From Nitrosopumilaceae archaeon (GTDB lineage Archaea; Thermoproteota; Nitrososphaeria; Nitrososphaerales; Nitrosopumilaceae): a stretch of DNA of 64,000 nucleotides. The stretch is taken from assembly GCA_965208905.1 (NCBI GenBank), contig OZ242365.1, positions 2,112,001 to 2,176,000 on the forward strand. The letters run 5' to 3'. Position numbers and translations under genes: made by a program. The notes beneath the pieces were generated by a model. That model was given only the letters and a program-made list of their open reading frames with translations. It ran no database searches and had not been told where the DNA came from. Positions 11,368-22,020 of this stretch are shown here, piece by piece. Positions within the stretch are counted from its first letter, which is position 1. Every line of letters starts with the position of its first letter.

Positions 11368-11648
11368 TCATTTTTCGTTCTACTGCAATCTTTTAGCTTG
11401 CCAAAGAGTAAATCAAAAGTAATCCCCAACCTTAGAGTGTCAAGATAAAATACCAAATGATACTACAAAACAAAATCCAAACTTACTGACTCTGGTGGTT
11501 ATACTGTACGTCACTCCACATAGTCGCATACATTTATCGGCTAAAAATTCAAGCCAAAAAATTAAACACTACGCTGTACAGCCCAGTAACTCTTCGCTAG
11601 ACCATACATGCAACAACACCAAAATACAGATTATACATTTTATTTATT

Positions 11649-11927
11649 GTGAATCCAGATAGGTTGGCACTAACCAAACCAGAGATAGTTATGTTCTGTG
11701 ATCGGGTTATAAACAAGTGGTCGAAAGATACAACAAAGAATGCCAAAAATATACTGGCAATGAATGCCATAAAGACCAGTGTACTGTGGACTGATGATGA
11801 GACTCTCAAGGCGGTCTGGGGCGAGATAACAGGATGGATGTATGAGTTGCTGTACGAGAATGCCAAGGCTCAGGCCATGCAAGAGGGTGCAACATGGGCA
11901 GACACACTAAAAGATGTCAAAAGCTAG
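11649..11927 (+). CDS. Hypothetical protein
   Basis: 92-aa ORF with protein-like composition in a gene-sized gap, convergent with purC. Confidence 0.6.
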   Translation: MNPDRLALTKPEIVMFCDRVINKWSKDTTKNAKNILAMNAIKTSVLWTDDETLKAVWGEITGWMYELLYENAKAQAMQEGATWADTLKDVKS

Positions 11928-12769
11928 ATATCAAGACCAGTTATTGCCGCATATGATGATATGTAGCGAGCAGTAATCTTTTCAGATATGTCCGAGGGTA
12001 TATCCGGCGGTTGTGACTCTACACCTAAAGACAAGTCATCCTGAAACTTTTTCTCCCAGCCTGCCTCTACAAGCCAGTCTCGAAGAATCTGTTTGTCGTA
12101 CGAGTCCTGCCTTTGGCCTACAACATACGAATCCTTAGGCCAGAGTCTGTATTCATCCGGACCAATAGAGTCGCCCAACAGTATCTGTCCGTCCATCATG
12201 CCAAACTCCAGTTTCAAGTCGGCCAGTATGAAACCGGCAGCATCCACCTGTTTTGCCATTGTCTTGTATATGGATATTGATACATCAGATAATGTGTCAT
12301 ACTGGTGTGCAGTTACAAGACCTGATTCAATGGCGTATTGACGGCTTATAGGCCGGTCATGTTTTGACTTTGTTGTGGGATCAAAGATGGGACTTGCAAG
12401 CTGGGAGGCAAGCTCTGTATCGCTGTTGGGAGGAAGATCCACCTGATTGTTCTTAAATCGACTCATCAGGCTACCATACAGATATCCGCGTACGACACAC
12501 TCTAACGGAATCATATCCATCTTCTTTACCAACATCTCAGTATCGGATAGACTACATACAAAGTGATTCGGGACGGATATGTTTCTGAACCAATACTGCG
12601 CAAACTTGCACAGAACCTCACCCTTGCGGGGTATAATATCATGAAACTGGACATCAAACGCAGACACCCTATCTGAGAAACGGAACATTAGTGTGCCATC
12701 TCCCATGTCGTAGACATCTTTGACCTTGCCAGAGTTTAAAAAGCGAGGCGGAGTAGTATTATACGTCAA
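11924..12769 (-). CDS. purC: Phosphoribosylaminoimidazole-succinocarboxamide synthase
   Basis: 'GKVKDVY', 'SDRVSAFD', 'PLECVVRGY', 'ADLKLEFG', 'DKQILRDWL'. Confidence 0.97.
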   Translation of the reverse strand: MTYNTTPPRFLNSGKVKDVYDMGDGTLMFRFSDRVSAFDVQFHDIIPRKGEVLCKFAQYWFRNISVPNHFVCSLSDTEMLVKKMDMIPLECVVRGYLYGSLMSRFKNNQVDLPPNSDTELASQLASPIFDPTTKSKHDRPISRQYAIESGLVTAHQYDTLSDVSISIYKTMAKQVDAAGFILADLKLEFGMMDGQILLGDSIGPDEYRLWPKDSYVVGQRQDSYDKQILRDWLVEAGWEKKFQDDLSLGVESQPPDIPSDISEKITARYISSYAAITGLDI

Positions 12770-13155
12770 GATCCCATCATACCCACCATCTTTGGTAGTT
12801 CGCGATACCCCTTGCTTACAAATACTCCATTATCTGCAGTAACCTGGACAAACTCCATACCGTTGTCAGGGGGCGGGGATAATATTATCTTCTTGCCTGG
12901 ACTCAAGGAGCCCAGCTCCAATACATCCCCTTCTCCAAAGTTTACGCGTACATTGGTTAGTGGCTGTGAACCTGTATTCTGTACTGTAATGCGGCCTGTG
13001 ATGAACAGGTTTTGCTTGTCTATAATTGGATCAACGAATATATCATAGTCCTGAGTCGATACTGTCATCTTTAACAAGTCTAAGCCAAATATTACTGCCA
13101 TAGCCCCAATAACTGCTATAACAGCCCCCACCATTACCGCATATTGGTTCAACAA
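12766..13155 (-). CDS. Membrane-anchored hypothetical protein (Ig-like/CARDB-like)
   Basis: N-terminal TM then beta-rich 'ITVQNTGSQPLTNVRV'; overlaps the purC start. Confidence 0.7.
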   Translation of the reverse strand: MLNQYAVMVGAVIAVIGAMAVIFGLDLLKMTVSTQDYDIFVDPIIDKQNLFITGRITVQNTGSQPLTNVRVNFGEGDVLELGSLSPGKKIILSPPPDNGMEFVQVTADNGVFVSKGYRELPKMVGMMGS

Positions 13156-13211
13156 TATAGTAAAGCGGTTCTTTACATTTATCTTTGTCCACTAAGACTG
13201 CCACCATATAA

Positions 13212-13367
13212 CTACTCAGATGTGTCCTGAGAACGGGCTTCTTCAAGGTAGGCGCGCCGCATTTCATTGATCATTTCGCGATCAACTTCGGGCTCGTCTT
13301 CTACAACCACTATTCCCATATCATCATAATCGTCGGGTAACTGCTTGGTGTTGTTTATGCTTTCCAA
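13212..13367 (-). CDS. Small acidic hypothetical protein (51 aa)
   Basis: Read by hand from TTG: MESINNTKQLPDDYDDMGIVVVEDEPEVDREMINEMRRAYLEEARSQDTSE*; below the ORF-track cutoff. Confidence 0.5.
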   Translation of the reverse strand: MESINNTKQLPDDYDDMGIVVVEDEPEVDREMINEMRRAYLEEARSQDTSE

Positions 13368-13413
13368 TTTTTATTCAAAAAATAATCGCCGTAATTAAGG
13401 GTTTTCTTTTTTA

Positions 13414-13464
13414 GGTTCTGGGAAATCAGTGGGACATGACGTATGGTGGGAAATTAGGGACATA
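13414..13464 (+). repeat. Left terminal inverted repeat
   Basis: GGTTCTGGGAAATCAGTGGGACATGACGTATGGTGGGAAATTAGGGACATA; contains two GGGAAAT..GGGACAT subrepeats. Confidence 0.9.
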
Positions 13465-13718
13465 GTTGGTGGTTGTTAAGTTAACGTGAGTCGGGGGGCT
13501 GGTAAGTTGGCGTGTGTTGGGTGAGGGTGGAAAGTACGTGTGTTGGGGATCTTCTCAAGAATGAAAAAGGAAGTAGATGGTTAGGCTCCGGCCCCGACCC
13601 ATAGCCTGGCTAGTTGCCAAAGAAGGGGCAAATCAGTCACCCACCTAAACTGTTTGTGGGTTTAAATTATTTGCAGGTAAATTCCTACCAATCAACAGGC
13701 ATTCACACATTACTATCT

Positions 13719-14453
13719 CTAGCTATTTTTGTGTCTTGGTGGTGATTCTACACCGTCAAGATTTCTGAACGTATCCAGTGGCGGTTTGGGTATTTTTTTT
13801 TCCGTACGCTTGTATTGTTTCTTTGAAACTTGATCAATGTACCCAAAATGTGACAACATGTCAATTATTGCATGTATTGGCTGCCTGTTTTCTACAATTT
13901 TCTTTCCTAAAACTGTCAACTCAGCCTTTGAAAATGCTTCACCTTTAAAATGAGAATCAATTCCTCTAATTGCTCTTGCCAATAATGATTCGGGGTTATG
14001 AAATGAACCCAAGTTGATAGCACGTCTTTTGATTCCATTGACACTAACATAACAAATGTAGATGCTTGTATCATAGATATTTTTATGATATGCATACTTG
14101 GCTTTTATTCCCTTTATCATTTTTTGACCATACGTTTCTTTAAAAGGCAGTCTTTCATAATTTGCCTTCAACGAGTCTTCATACGATGACGAGTCTACAA
14201 AGGATTTATCTGGATTAATAATCTGTTTAACATCTCTGATTAGATTCAGATTAAGAAAAATTTGTTCGCCATAGGAGGTAGGCTTTGCGATGATTAGATT
14301 TCTCTTAATTAATTCGTCTAGTGCTGATCTGCCTTGACCTCTATCACTTTTTGGAAACCCTTTGAGAGTGTTTTCTTTAGAGGTGTGTTTACCGCCAATA
14401 CATCTTAGATTGTACAATCGTTTAAGCACAGTTTTGTGATACTTGTTATACAT
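13719..14453 (-). CDS. Hypothetical basic protein, probably with winged-helix-like domains
   Basis: N-terminal 'IGGKHT...KGFPK...ALDELIKRNLI..KPTSYG' and C-terminal 'IIDMLSHFGYIDQV'; divergent from an HTH gene. Confidence 0.6.
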   Translation of the reverse strand: MYNKYHKTVLKRLYNLRCIGGKHTSKENTLKGFPKSDRGQGRSALDELIKRNLIIAKPTSYGEQIFLNLNLIRDVKQIINPDKSFVDSSSYEDSLKANYERLPFKETYGQKMIKGIKAKYAYHKNIYDTSIYICYVSVNGIKRRAINLGSFHNPESLLARAIRGIDSHFKGEAFSKAELTVLGKKIVENRQPIHAIIDMLSHFGYIDQVSKKQYKRTEKKIPKPPLDTFRNLDGVESPPRHKNS

Positions 14454-14586
14454 TTTAGCTATAATAGCACTTAGGTGTCAGTATTTATAAGCATTGTGCC
14501 ATAAAAGTCACAATATGTGTATCAAATTGTAGTACATGAGTTATTAAAACCCAACCTTTATGTGTAAGTATATGTCATAACATGTA

Positions 14587-14985
14587 ATGAATGAGCAGGT
14601 TATGGGATCCAAAGATGCAAGTACGTTAGAATGGCTAATTTCTGGTAATGCTAGTGCGAAGTTGCTGGATTTTTTCATAACATACAGAGATTTCGATTAC
14701 TCAGAAACAGACATTGCAGAATCTTCAAGAGTTTCTAAAAGAACCGTTTTTAGGGAACTGCCAAAATTCCAATCAGCAGGACTGATAAAATTCACAAGAA
14801 ACGTGGGACGTGCAAAAATGTTTAAGCTTGATCCAGAATCCGAGGCAGCAAAACTGTTAGAAAGGTTTGTTTTTGAAGTTGCAACAAGAAGAATAGATGG
14901 GGTTCTTGCTAAGGAAACAATGCAGGAACGTATTGATGTAGCCACAGAAAGAAGCCAAGAAACCCCATTAAGAAATAGCATGTAG
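14587..14985 (+). CDS. Winged-helix transcriptional regulator
   Basis: 'LLDFF..YRDFDYSETDIAESSRVSKRTV...L....GLIK.TRNVGRAKMFKL'. Confidence 0.8.
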   Translation: MNEQVMGSKDASTLEWLISGNASAKLLDFFITYRDFDYSETDIAESSRVSKRTVFRELPKFQSAGLIKFTRNVGRAKMFKLDPESEAAKLLERFVFEVATRRIDGVLAKETMQERIDVATERSQETPLRNSM

Positions 14986-15496
14986 GATCACTCATTTTCT
15001 ATAATCAACCACGGTATTAAAAAATTAGGAAAGCGGCTTCATCCAGCAGCCGTCCCTGCCGTTAGGCAGCCAGCTGAATCCGCTCAGTCTCAGGATGTCG
15101 TTTATCTCGCGCCATACCGGCTTGCCAATCCATCCCTTTGGCACCGTCCTGATGCAGTCGACCTCGTTTGAGATCGTGACCTTTTTGATCCTTTTTCACA
15201 GCCGGCGCGCAAAGTTGTCTTTTTGCGCACCCTGCGAGATCAGTTCCTTGATCTTGTCCCTTCCGAGGCCTAGCCTACATAGGTGGAAATATAGGTCAGG
15301 TCAGCATTTCTTCCCACTTCGGGTCAGCACTTTCCCTAGGTCAGCATTTCTCCCCAGTCCCCCCAGAGTGGAAATTGTGGTTGGTACCGCCGTTTCCACT
15401 CCGCAGCACGAAATTTTCGGACATACATTTTACTCCATGTATCTTTTTTGACAGCCGTGGACCATTACCGTTTTTTGATAGTCCACGGATCGCGGA

Positions 15497-15829
15497 ATGT
15501 TTAAGGATTGGTGGGTGGGATTCTACCTAATGCCGATAACGCCAGAGGAATGGGATAGTGGTCGGGTGGACGTTTCTACCACCATACGAACAAAAATCTT
15601 GAACTTCCTTGATGATGGGAACGCATACAGTTGTAAGGAGATTTTATGTGGACTAAACCCACAAGATGAATATATCTTGCACAGGGAATTTCCGGGGATG
15701 TTAAACAACATGGCCCATACACTACGTGTAATGGTCGACGACGGACAACTTGAGACCAAAAGCGTGATGTTGTCGAGGGGGCAGAACCAGAAAAATGTCG
15801 ACTACTATCGCAAACCAAAATCCACCTGA
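15497..15829 (+). CDS. Small winged-helix-like hypothetical protein
   Basis: 'KILNFLDDGNAYSCKEI...LRVMVDDGQLETK...YYR'; true start probably ATG 15530. Confidence 0.6.
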   Translation: MFKDWWVGFYLMPITPEEWDSGRVDVSTTIRTKILNFLDDGNAYSCKEILCGLNPQDEYILHREFPGMLNNMAHTLRVMVDDGQLETKSVMLSRGQNQKNVDYYRKPKST

Positions 15830-16028
15830 ACATCCCACACGGTTCGGCGCTTGTGCGTATGTGGTTGGTGGATAACACGTCCTTTGGACAAAAACCATAT
15901 CCGTCGCTTTCTACCATGATTCGTGTCCTCGGAACCTACTAGAACCACCGTGATTGGTTGGGAAGTTGTGTGAGTATGGCATCAACCGAAAAAGAGAGAT
16001 ATGATCCTTAACAGGTAACGTTTCTGCT

Positions 16029-17105
16029 CTAGCCGTGGTCATGGGGAGGTGTGAATGCCAGAGCACCGTTCTTTACAAACCCATAGGCAGCCTTCAGTGA
16101 GGCCCGTACCACATCAATGTTGTTCGGCTCGAACCACTGTTCCACCAACACGATCCCCTCACCGGCGGTCTTGATGGTCTGACCGTTGAAGTCTGTGGTT
16201 TTGATCTCGGCGTTGGATATGCGTGTTATGTCGGTCGCGGCTTCGGGCGAAACAGAGATTAGCGCCATCCCCTTCTTCAACCTGTTCTTGATTATGCCTA
16301 CTATCTCTGCATCTCTGTACGAGAACCCAATCACCAACAACACGTCAACCCTGTCAACCTCCTTCTTGAAACGCTCAAACAGTGAGTGAAACGGCTCATC
16401 ACCGTAGTTTTTCGAGCCTTCGGTGGGGGCGATAACAATATCTTTTTTGCCACCTCTCGGTGCAGGCACGCCGGCTTCCACAATCTGACCGTCAACATCC
16501 TCGTGCCAAAATATGGAGCCGTGTAGTTTTAACAGGCGCATGTAGTTGGTGGCATCGATTGACCACCTGTCTGCCCAAATGAAGATCCCGCGGCCACCCT
16601 CCACGAATCCATTGACAACGCTTAGATTTTTCTTGTAGCAGTACCTCTCCAGCACATTATCGTAGTTGGTCGTAAATACTAGAAATTCATCCGCACTACT
16701 GTCGTTCACAATAGCTCTGACCATATCGTACATCCATACAATCTGATTGTCAACAATCGATTTTATGACGAATGATTCAAACAGAACGTCGCTGATGATG
16801 GACTGAGTATGCCTCAATTCGTCAAGTGTCTGCTTGAACGTGTTGTCGCTACCATGCAGTACGTTAAAAATCGGCTTAATGTTGGGTGTATCGTTGGACA
16901 AGCGTAGCACCCTATCTATCCCATCGTACAATTTCTCGACATCTGAGTAGTCACCTTTGTCGATGATGGTTTTAGTGATTTGACTCATGCCACGCCCGCC
17001 CTTCTCATTGCTGACACGCGTCCGCACACTGTCCATCAACTCTACCGTGGTGGGCAGACCTGCAAACGCCGAGGCCCCGGCTCCGAGAAACAGGGCGGTC
17101 TTCAT
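16029..17105 (-). CDS. SIR2-like (SIR2_2) domain protein, candidate NADase defence effector
   Basis: 'FLGAGAS', 'FTTNYD', 'KLHGS', 'LLVIGFSYRD'; start at MKTALF (17105). Confidence 0.85.
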   Translation of the reverse strand: MKTALFLGAGASAFAGLPTTVELMDSVRTRVSNEKGGRGMSQITKTIIDKGDYSDVEKLYDGIDRVLRLSNDTPNIKPIFNVLHGSDNTFKQTLDELRHTQSIISDVLFESFVIKSIVDNQIVWMYDMVRAIVNDSSADEFLVFTTNYDNVLERYCYKKNLSVVNGFVEGGRGIFIWADRWSIDATNYMRLLKLHGSIFWHEDVDGQIVEAGVPAPRGGKKDIVIAPTEGSKNYGDEPFHSLFERFKKEVDRVDVLLVIGFSYRDAEIVGIIKNRLKKGMALISVSPEAATDITRISNAEIKTTDFNGQTIKTAGEGIVLVEQWFEPNNIDVVRASLKAAYGFVKNGALAFTPPHDHG

Positions 17106-17719
17106 GTACCATACGGGAGGAATGATGTCATAAATCCTTTTGCGGTCTGGGGGGCTGTAACATCTTAGAGGGATGAGGTACGTCTGGTGGGACTGTAACA
17201 AGAGGGGGATGGCCTCACACCAGGGCTGTAAAGTTGACGGGACATAAAGTCAGGGACATGGGATCTTCTCAAGAATAGCACGGGGGTTAAATCTGTGACC
17301 TGACGCACTTTCCCTTCCGAATTATTCAATACTGTGAAAAGGTAATTCTCTTGTGTCGTATTCATCAGCACCATGTCTTACTCCCCCAGAAGGAGACTTT
17401 ACGGGGAATGTATGCGCCCATTATGTGATAACTTTGCAATCCTCGGGGGGCTGTAAAGTTACTGTGTACTAGATGGCACTGTAAAGTTGTGTGCTGGGAT
17501 CAGATCTTCTCAAGGTTCCGGAAAGTTGCAGGAGTGTGGGCCAGAGTAGAAAGCAAGGGAGGTTCTGTGAAATTGGTGGGACGTGGGCTAGGGTGCTACG
17601 AAGCCCGTCACGAACCACGGTTCTGGGAAATCTGCGTGTGATGTGTAATCCTGTCAAAAACGTGTGATGAATCTTCAAGAACATGAGCCGGAGTGGAAAG
17701 ATGGGGCCGGAGTAGGGCG

Positions 17720-18643
17720 CTAACTTGGTGGCTTGGTTGGTTGGAAGTCTACCTTGAAGTCAGATTGCATTAGGCCAGCAGTCATCACCAGTTTGTTCGC
17801 GTATCGGATGATGTTAGACGGGCCAACATTGGTGAAGACATAAAGTTTCCCGATTTCTCGATAAGTACTAAACAACTTACCAGTGGGATGTTTTGGTTCT
17901 ACATGCAGTAGGTAGTTCCTTGGACCAATACGGATGGGACAATGCTGTGCGGTAAGGTGTCCGTTGTTAATCAACCACTCGGCCACACTACCCAACAGGT
18001 CCACCCATGACTCTAAGGCCTTTTGGCTACCATCTCTGTGTATGAGAATTTTGGGATGACTGGACCCCTTCTTGTAGGTGACATTTTCCAGCACAATCCC
18101 AGGCACATGCCTAATTGGTGGTCTTGTCTCCGGATGCAGCATCTCGTACATCTCATCGATCTTCTTAATTGGCGTGATCGTGTGTCGCGGCATGTTCCCC
18201 AACACAACGACCCGGTGCAGGCGTATGGCCTTAGATATCACCATCCCCTCTGAATCAGTGACATCAAACTCGGCCTCCGGACTCTTTGTTGTGGCGTTGG
18301 CATCATACATCCTCCATTTCCGCCCGTTTGTCAACACACCATATCTTACATTACGCCCCCTAACATAGTCAATTAGTTTATCCGTGTACTTGTCTAAATT
18401 CTCGTCCAACTTCTTGGCCTCGACAATCATGGCCTTGTGCCCAAGGGTGTAGTCAGTCTTGCCACCGGGACCGGTGTTGTCTTCCGGTACCACCTCACTG
18501 GGGTTGGACAAGTCCCAATCCAGTTCGCGCAACAATGGATCAATCAATGCATACCGGGTCATCGTTTCGTTCTTGGAGAGTGCTACCTCATGAACATTGA
18601 TTGTCTGCTGAATCTTCGCAATCACGTCAAGGAACTCCTGCAT
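17720..18643 (-). CDS. HsdR N-terminal-like PD-(D/E)xK nuclease domain protein with an uncharacterised C-terminal domain
   Basis: 'NETMTRYALIDPLL..LDWD', 'DYTL...IVEAKK', 'GVLTNGRKWRMYD'. Confidence 0.8.
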   Translation of the reverse strand: MQEFLDVIAKIQQTINVHEVALSKNETMTRYALIDPLLRELDWDLSNPSEVVPEDNTGPGGKTDYTLGHKAMIVEAKKLDENLDKYTDKLIDYVRGRNVRYGVLTNGRKWRMYDANATTKSPEAEFDVTDSEGMVISKAIRLHRVVVLGNMPRHTITPIKKIDEMYEMLHPETRPPIRHVPGIVLENVTYKKGSSHPKILIHRDGSQKALESWVDLLGSVAEWLINNGHLTAQHCPIRIGPRNYLLHVEPKHPTGKLFSTYREIGKLYVFTNVGPSNIIRYANKLVMTAGLMQSDFKVDFQPTKPPS

Positions 18644-19059
18644 GGTTCTATGCCTGCCGTACCTGCATATAAGCATGTAATTGTCTGGGGACTGCCACAT
18701 CTACGTCACCTAGGTAACACGCGTCACCTACGGATCTTCTCAAGATGGCTGTATGATCCTGCTGACCTAGCCGAGACTGTATAATTGCTGACCTAGAGTG
18801 GGAATGGGGGTTTTCGTACATCAGGTGTGTGGAGTGGAAATCTAGTGAGATGGAAATTGTACGTTTGGAATGAACATCCCCGACCCCATTGAAGCTAGTT
18901 CCTTAAATGGGATGAGTATGATAGAGTGGTATGGGAATATATTTCGCTGAGGAGGAACTGGTGGTGTCCTTAGAGTCTTACGAAAACCTACACTACTGAT
19001 GAAAACATCTACTCGTACTCAACATTTAGCAGATGAACAGTGCAGAAACACTTTCCCTG

Positions 19060-20691
19060 CTACCTCCAAACACTAACCATTCCAAACGCTTCATTTAGCA
19101 CTCTTTCAATCTCCAATTCATTGGCTTCGCCGCCAGAGCTACTTTCTTGGAGTTTCGACTCAACCAATTCGAGCACGATTTTAGTTTTGGTTTTTCCTAT
19201 AACACGGAAAAGCCCGTTATGATATTTGGTCCCGTAGGCATCCTCAATTGCTTTAATGAGTCCTTTTTTGGGTTGCTCTTGTTTTGCTATTTCATCATCA
19301 GATACGCTTTGTCCATACTTCTTTAGGTGAGAATTTATCAGATTGATTATAGACTCTCGCTCAAAATTGTCTCCTTCAAAGCTGGTGTTCCATATGTGGT
19401 GTTTAAATTCCCCGCCAAATCTCTGTTGTATTCGTCTAAGCTCGGTTTTCCAGTTCAACTCATCATCAGCAATCAAGTATATTGCAATCGAGTCTATGCG
19501 AGCAGATTGAATTATAAAATCAATGTTGTTGGCAATCATGTTGGTTACACCTTTTCTATTAACTATCCTCACAACGTCATCATCAAGACTGATCCCACGT
19601 TTTTTACAAATTTTTTTGATTACCGCCTCTTCCGTTTTACCCTCTACCAAGAGGTAAAGTCTGGTTGAAGTATCCTGTACAAAATACCGAACTATTGCCT
19701 GTTTGGTCTTGTGCGTCTTATAGTCGAATGGTTTCGAATACACGCGCTCTTTCCATTCGGCATTATCAAAGGGCATATTCGGAACACCGGTCTTCCCATC
19801 CAACTCGTGCAGAAACAACGCCAGCATCCGCGCAGCCGTGTAGTATAACTGCGCAGTGTAAGCATCCCCTTTTATTTTCTCTACGACTGATGGTCGCATA
19901 ATTCTGATCAGATCATACCATTCCATTAATGGATCAAGGAAACGTACCTGCGCGTCAAACCGATTAAGAGTACGACGAACTTGTTCTATTGGAACCCCGA
20001 TATCTTCCAAAAGATCGCTGACACTAAAACTGTTTCTCCACTCTAACCACATCTCTTGGAAGCGCTTGATGCCAACGGTAAGAGGGAACGGTATGGAATT
20101 GTAAACGTAAACTGAATAGCGTTCCTCCAATAGCATTAGCATTCCTATATCTTTGATTATATCTAGCTGCGATGAGTTAAACCAGTCGTCTCTCAACATG
20201 TTAGTCTCAACATTGTTCATCACTTGTTTAAGGTCTGATTTAGTGTATGAATCAAAGTATAAAAAGCGAACTTCTTTGAAATGAAATATGTTCTTGACTT
20301 GAAGGATTTGGAATTTGTGATAAAAGAGCAGTTTTTTGTCGCGTTTTAAGCTTTTGGGCTCGGACTTGAAATTACTCCACGGTTCAAAGTCTCCGACCTG
20401 TGGAAGCTCTATATGCCCAGCTGCATAGAATTCCTGGATGGCATCAAGTCCATAATACAGATCTCCACGCCGCTGCTGTTCGGGCAAAACCAGCCGGAAA
20501 GCCGGCTGGAGCCACCCTTCACGTTCAAAGCTTTCCAAATCTTCTTCTCTAATTCTGATCCCATGTTTCTCTAGCAAACGGACGAATCCATGTGGTTGTT
20601 CAAAGTCGCCATGCATGTATGGCCGCATCATTTTTTTCCGGATGTACGGCGAGAGTCCAGCATCCATGTCATGGAGAAGCGTATGAGGCAA
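19060..20691 (-). CDS. Hypothetical protein with a C-terminal OLD-like TOPRIM domain
   Basis: 'LLVEGKTEE', 'VNRKG', 'IADDE', 'SFE'; the N-terminal ~340 aa are unassigned. Confidence 0.65.
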   Translation of the reverse strand: MPHTLLHDMDAGLSPYIRKKMMRPYMHGDFEQPHGFVRLLEKHGIRIREEDLESFEREGWLQPAFRLVLPEQQRRGDLYYGLDAIQEFYAAGHIELPQVGDFEPWSNFKSEPKSLKRDKKLLFYHKFQILQVKNIFHFKEVRFLYFDSYTKSDLKQVMNNVETNMLRDDWFNSSQLDIIKDIGMLMLLEERYSVYVYNSIPFPLTVGIKRFQEMWLEWRNSFSVSDLLEDIGVPIEQVRRTLNRFDAQVRFLDPLMEWYDLIRIMRPSVVEKIKGDAYTAQLYYTAARMLALFLHELDGKTGVPNMPFDNAEWKERVYSKPFDYKTHKTKQAIVRYFVQDTSTRLYLLVEGKTEEAVIKKICKKRGISLDDDVVRIVNRKGVTNMIANNIDFIIQSARIDSIAIYLIADDELNWKTELRRIQQRFGGEFKHHIWNTSFEGDNFERESIINLINSHLKKYGQSVSDDEIAKQEQPKKGLIKAIEDAYGTKYHNGLFRVIGKTKTKIVLELVESKLQESSSGGEANELEIERVLNEAFGMVSVWR

Positions 20692-21062
20692 ATATTTGCT
20701 TCGGACATTGCAGTATCCGAAGATATGATCTGTGGTTGGGAATCATATGTGTGCATAATACTAACCAAAAAGAATGGAAAAACCCTAGCGGATGAAAGCC
20801 CCCGGCCCAATATAGTCAAGAACATGTATCCTGACTTGAAGTTCTGTTTACTTTAATTTAATTTATGCAGTATGTCATCTGGGGGCTTTCACTACAGATG
20901 TATAATTTCTACTCCACACACCTAAACTCTGAGTTATAATTTTCCCAAACTTGTTTAGGTCAGCGTTTCTTCCCTACATGAGAAGGGTGGTGCATGGATA
21001 CGTGGGCGAGAGTGCTGTACGGTAGTGATTGAGTTATAAGAATCTGGTGGTGGGAAATAACC

Positions 21063-21567
21063 ATGTCTGACACCGATTGGCTACCCATCATCTTGGAGGC
21101 TTCTGCTATAGCTGGTGGGCTGATATTCTACGTAAAAAACTGGCAGGCGCGTGATCGCCTGCGGAAGGTACGCTATGCCAACATGTTGATGAATGAATTG
21201 AAAGCAGTATGGGATGCCATCAAGCGTAGAGACCAATGACTACCACGAAGAGTTCTTGGAGCCTTTACCGGATAACGTCTATGATGGGTTCGTCTCATCC
21301 ACCAACCTCTCATACTTCGACAAGGATCTCCAAGAGCACTTACATGATCTGTACATGAACCTCAAGAATTACAACGAGGACGTTTTTCCCGATGAGAATA
21401 CACGTGCGAGCAAGGGTATGGCAATAGACCCGATGGGTTTGTTTGATGACCTATCAGATTCGGTTGAGGAGGCCATCGCCTTGGTCAATGAGTTCCGCCG
21501 GCGCAACAGATCTGCCAAACGCTGGCGCCCACTCCTGAAAGCCATTCATTGGTACTATGATGACTAG
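21063..21567 (+). pseudogene. Frameshifted membrane-anchored hypothetical protein
   Basis: ATG 21063 MSDTDWLPIILEASAIAGGLIFY... stops at 21239; a protein-like sequence continues in the overlapping frame (21214-21567). Confidence 0.5.
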
Positions 21568-21687
21568 TGGATCTATTCTCAAGATCCGCCATGTACCCCA
21601 TGCAACACCATCAGTCATATACCGAAGATGCAACAGTTCCTTCAGTCTAGGCACGTAATACCCACACTAAACAAAAAATAAAAAAAC

Positions 21688-22020
21688 TTACTTTCTCTTA
21701 GCCTTTGTAGCTGCCTCTATGAGGGCCTTCCACTTGTTTGTACCCTCGATATGTACACCTGCCGCCTCCGCGGGCGTCTGACCATTCGGCAACCCCTGAT
21801 GCTGCCGCACATAGTTATGATATGTCTTCAAGCCACTTACTATGGGTGAGTCCTCGCGTTTGAGACCGCGCGTTGCCTCCTCGCGATACCCGAGCGTATT
21901 ACCATTGAATGACTCCATCTAGTTGTTGTGGTGTATGCCATCAAATGCAACATCCTTGATGTGTTCGGTATCCTTATGTGTAAAGTTCTTTGATTCATAC
22001 TGGGTGCCTTGACCATATCT
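21688..22020 (-). pseudogene. 3' fragment of a second IS6-family transposase
   Basis: 'QYESKNFTHKDTEHIKDVAFDGIHHNN*MESFNG...GLKREDS...TPAEAAG' closely matches the C-terminus of 33558-34679; has an in-frame stop. Confidence 0.85.
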
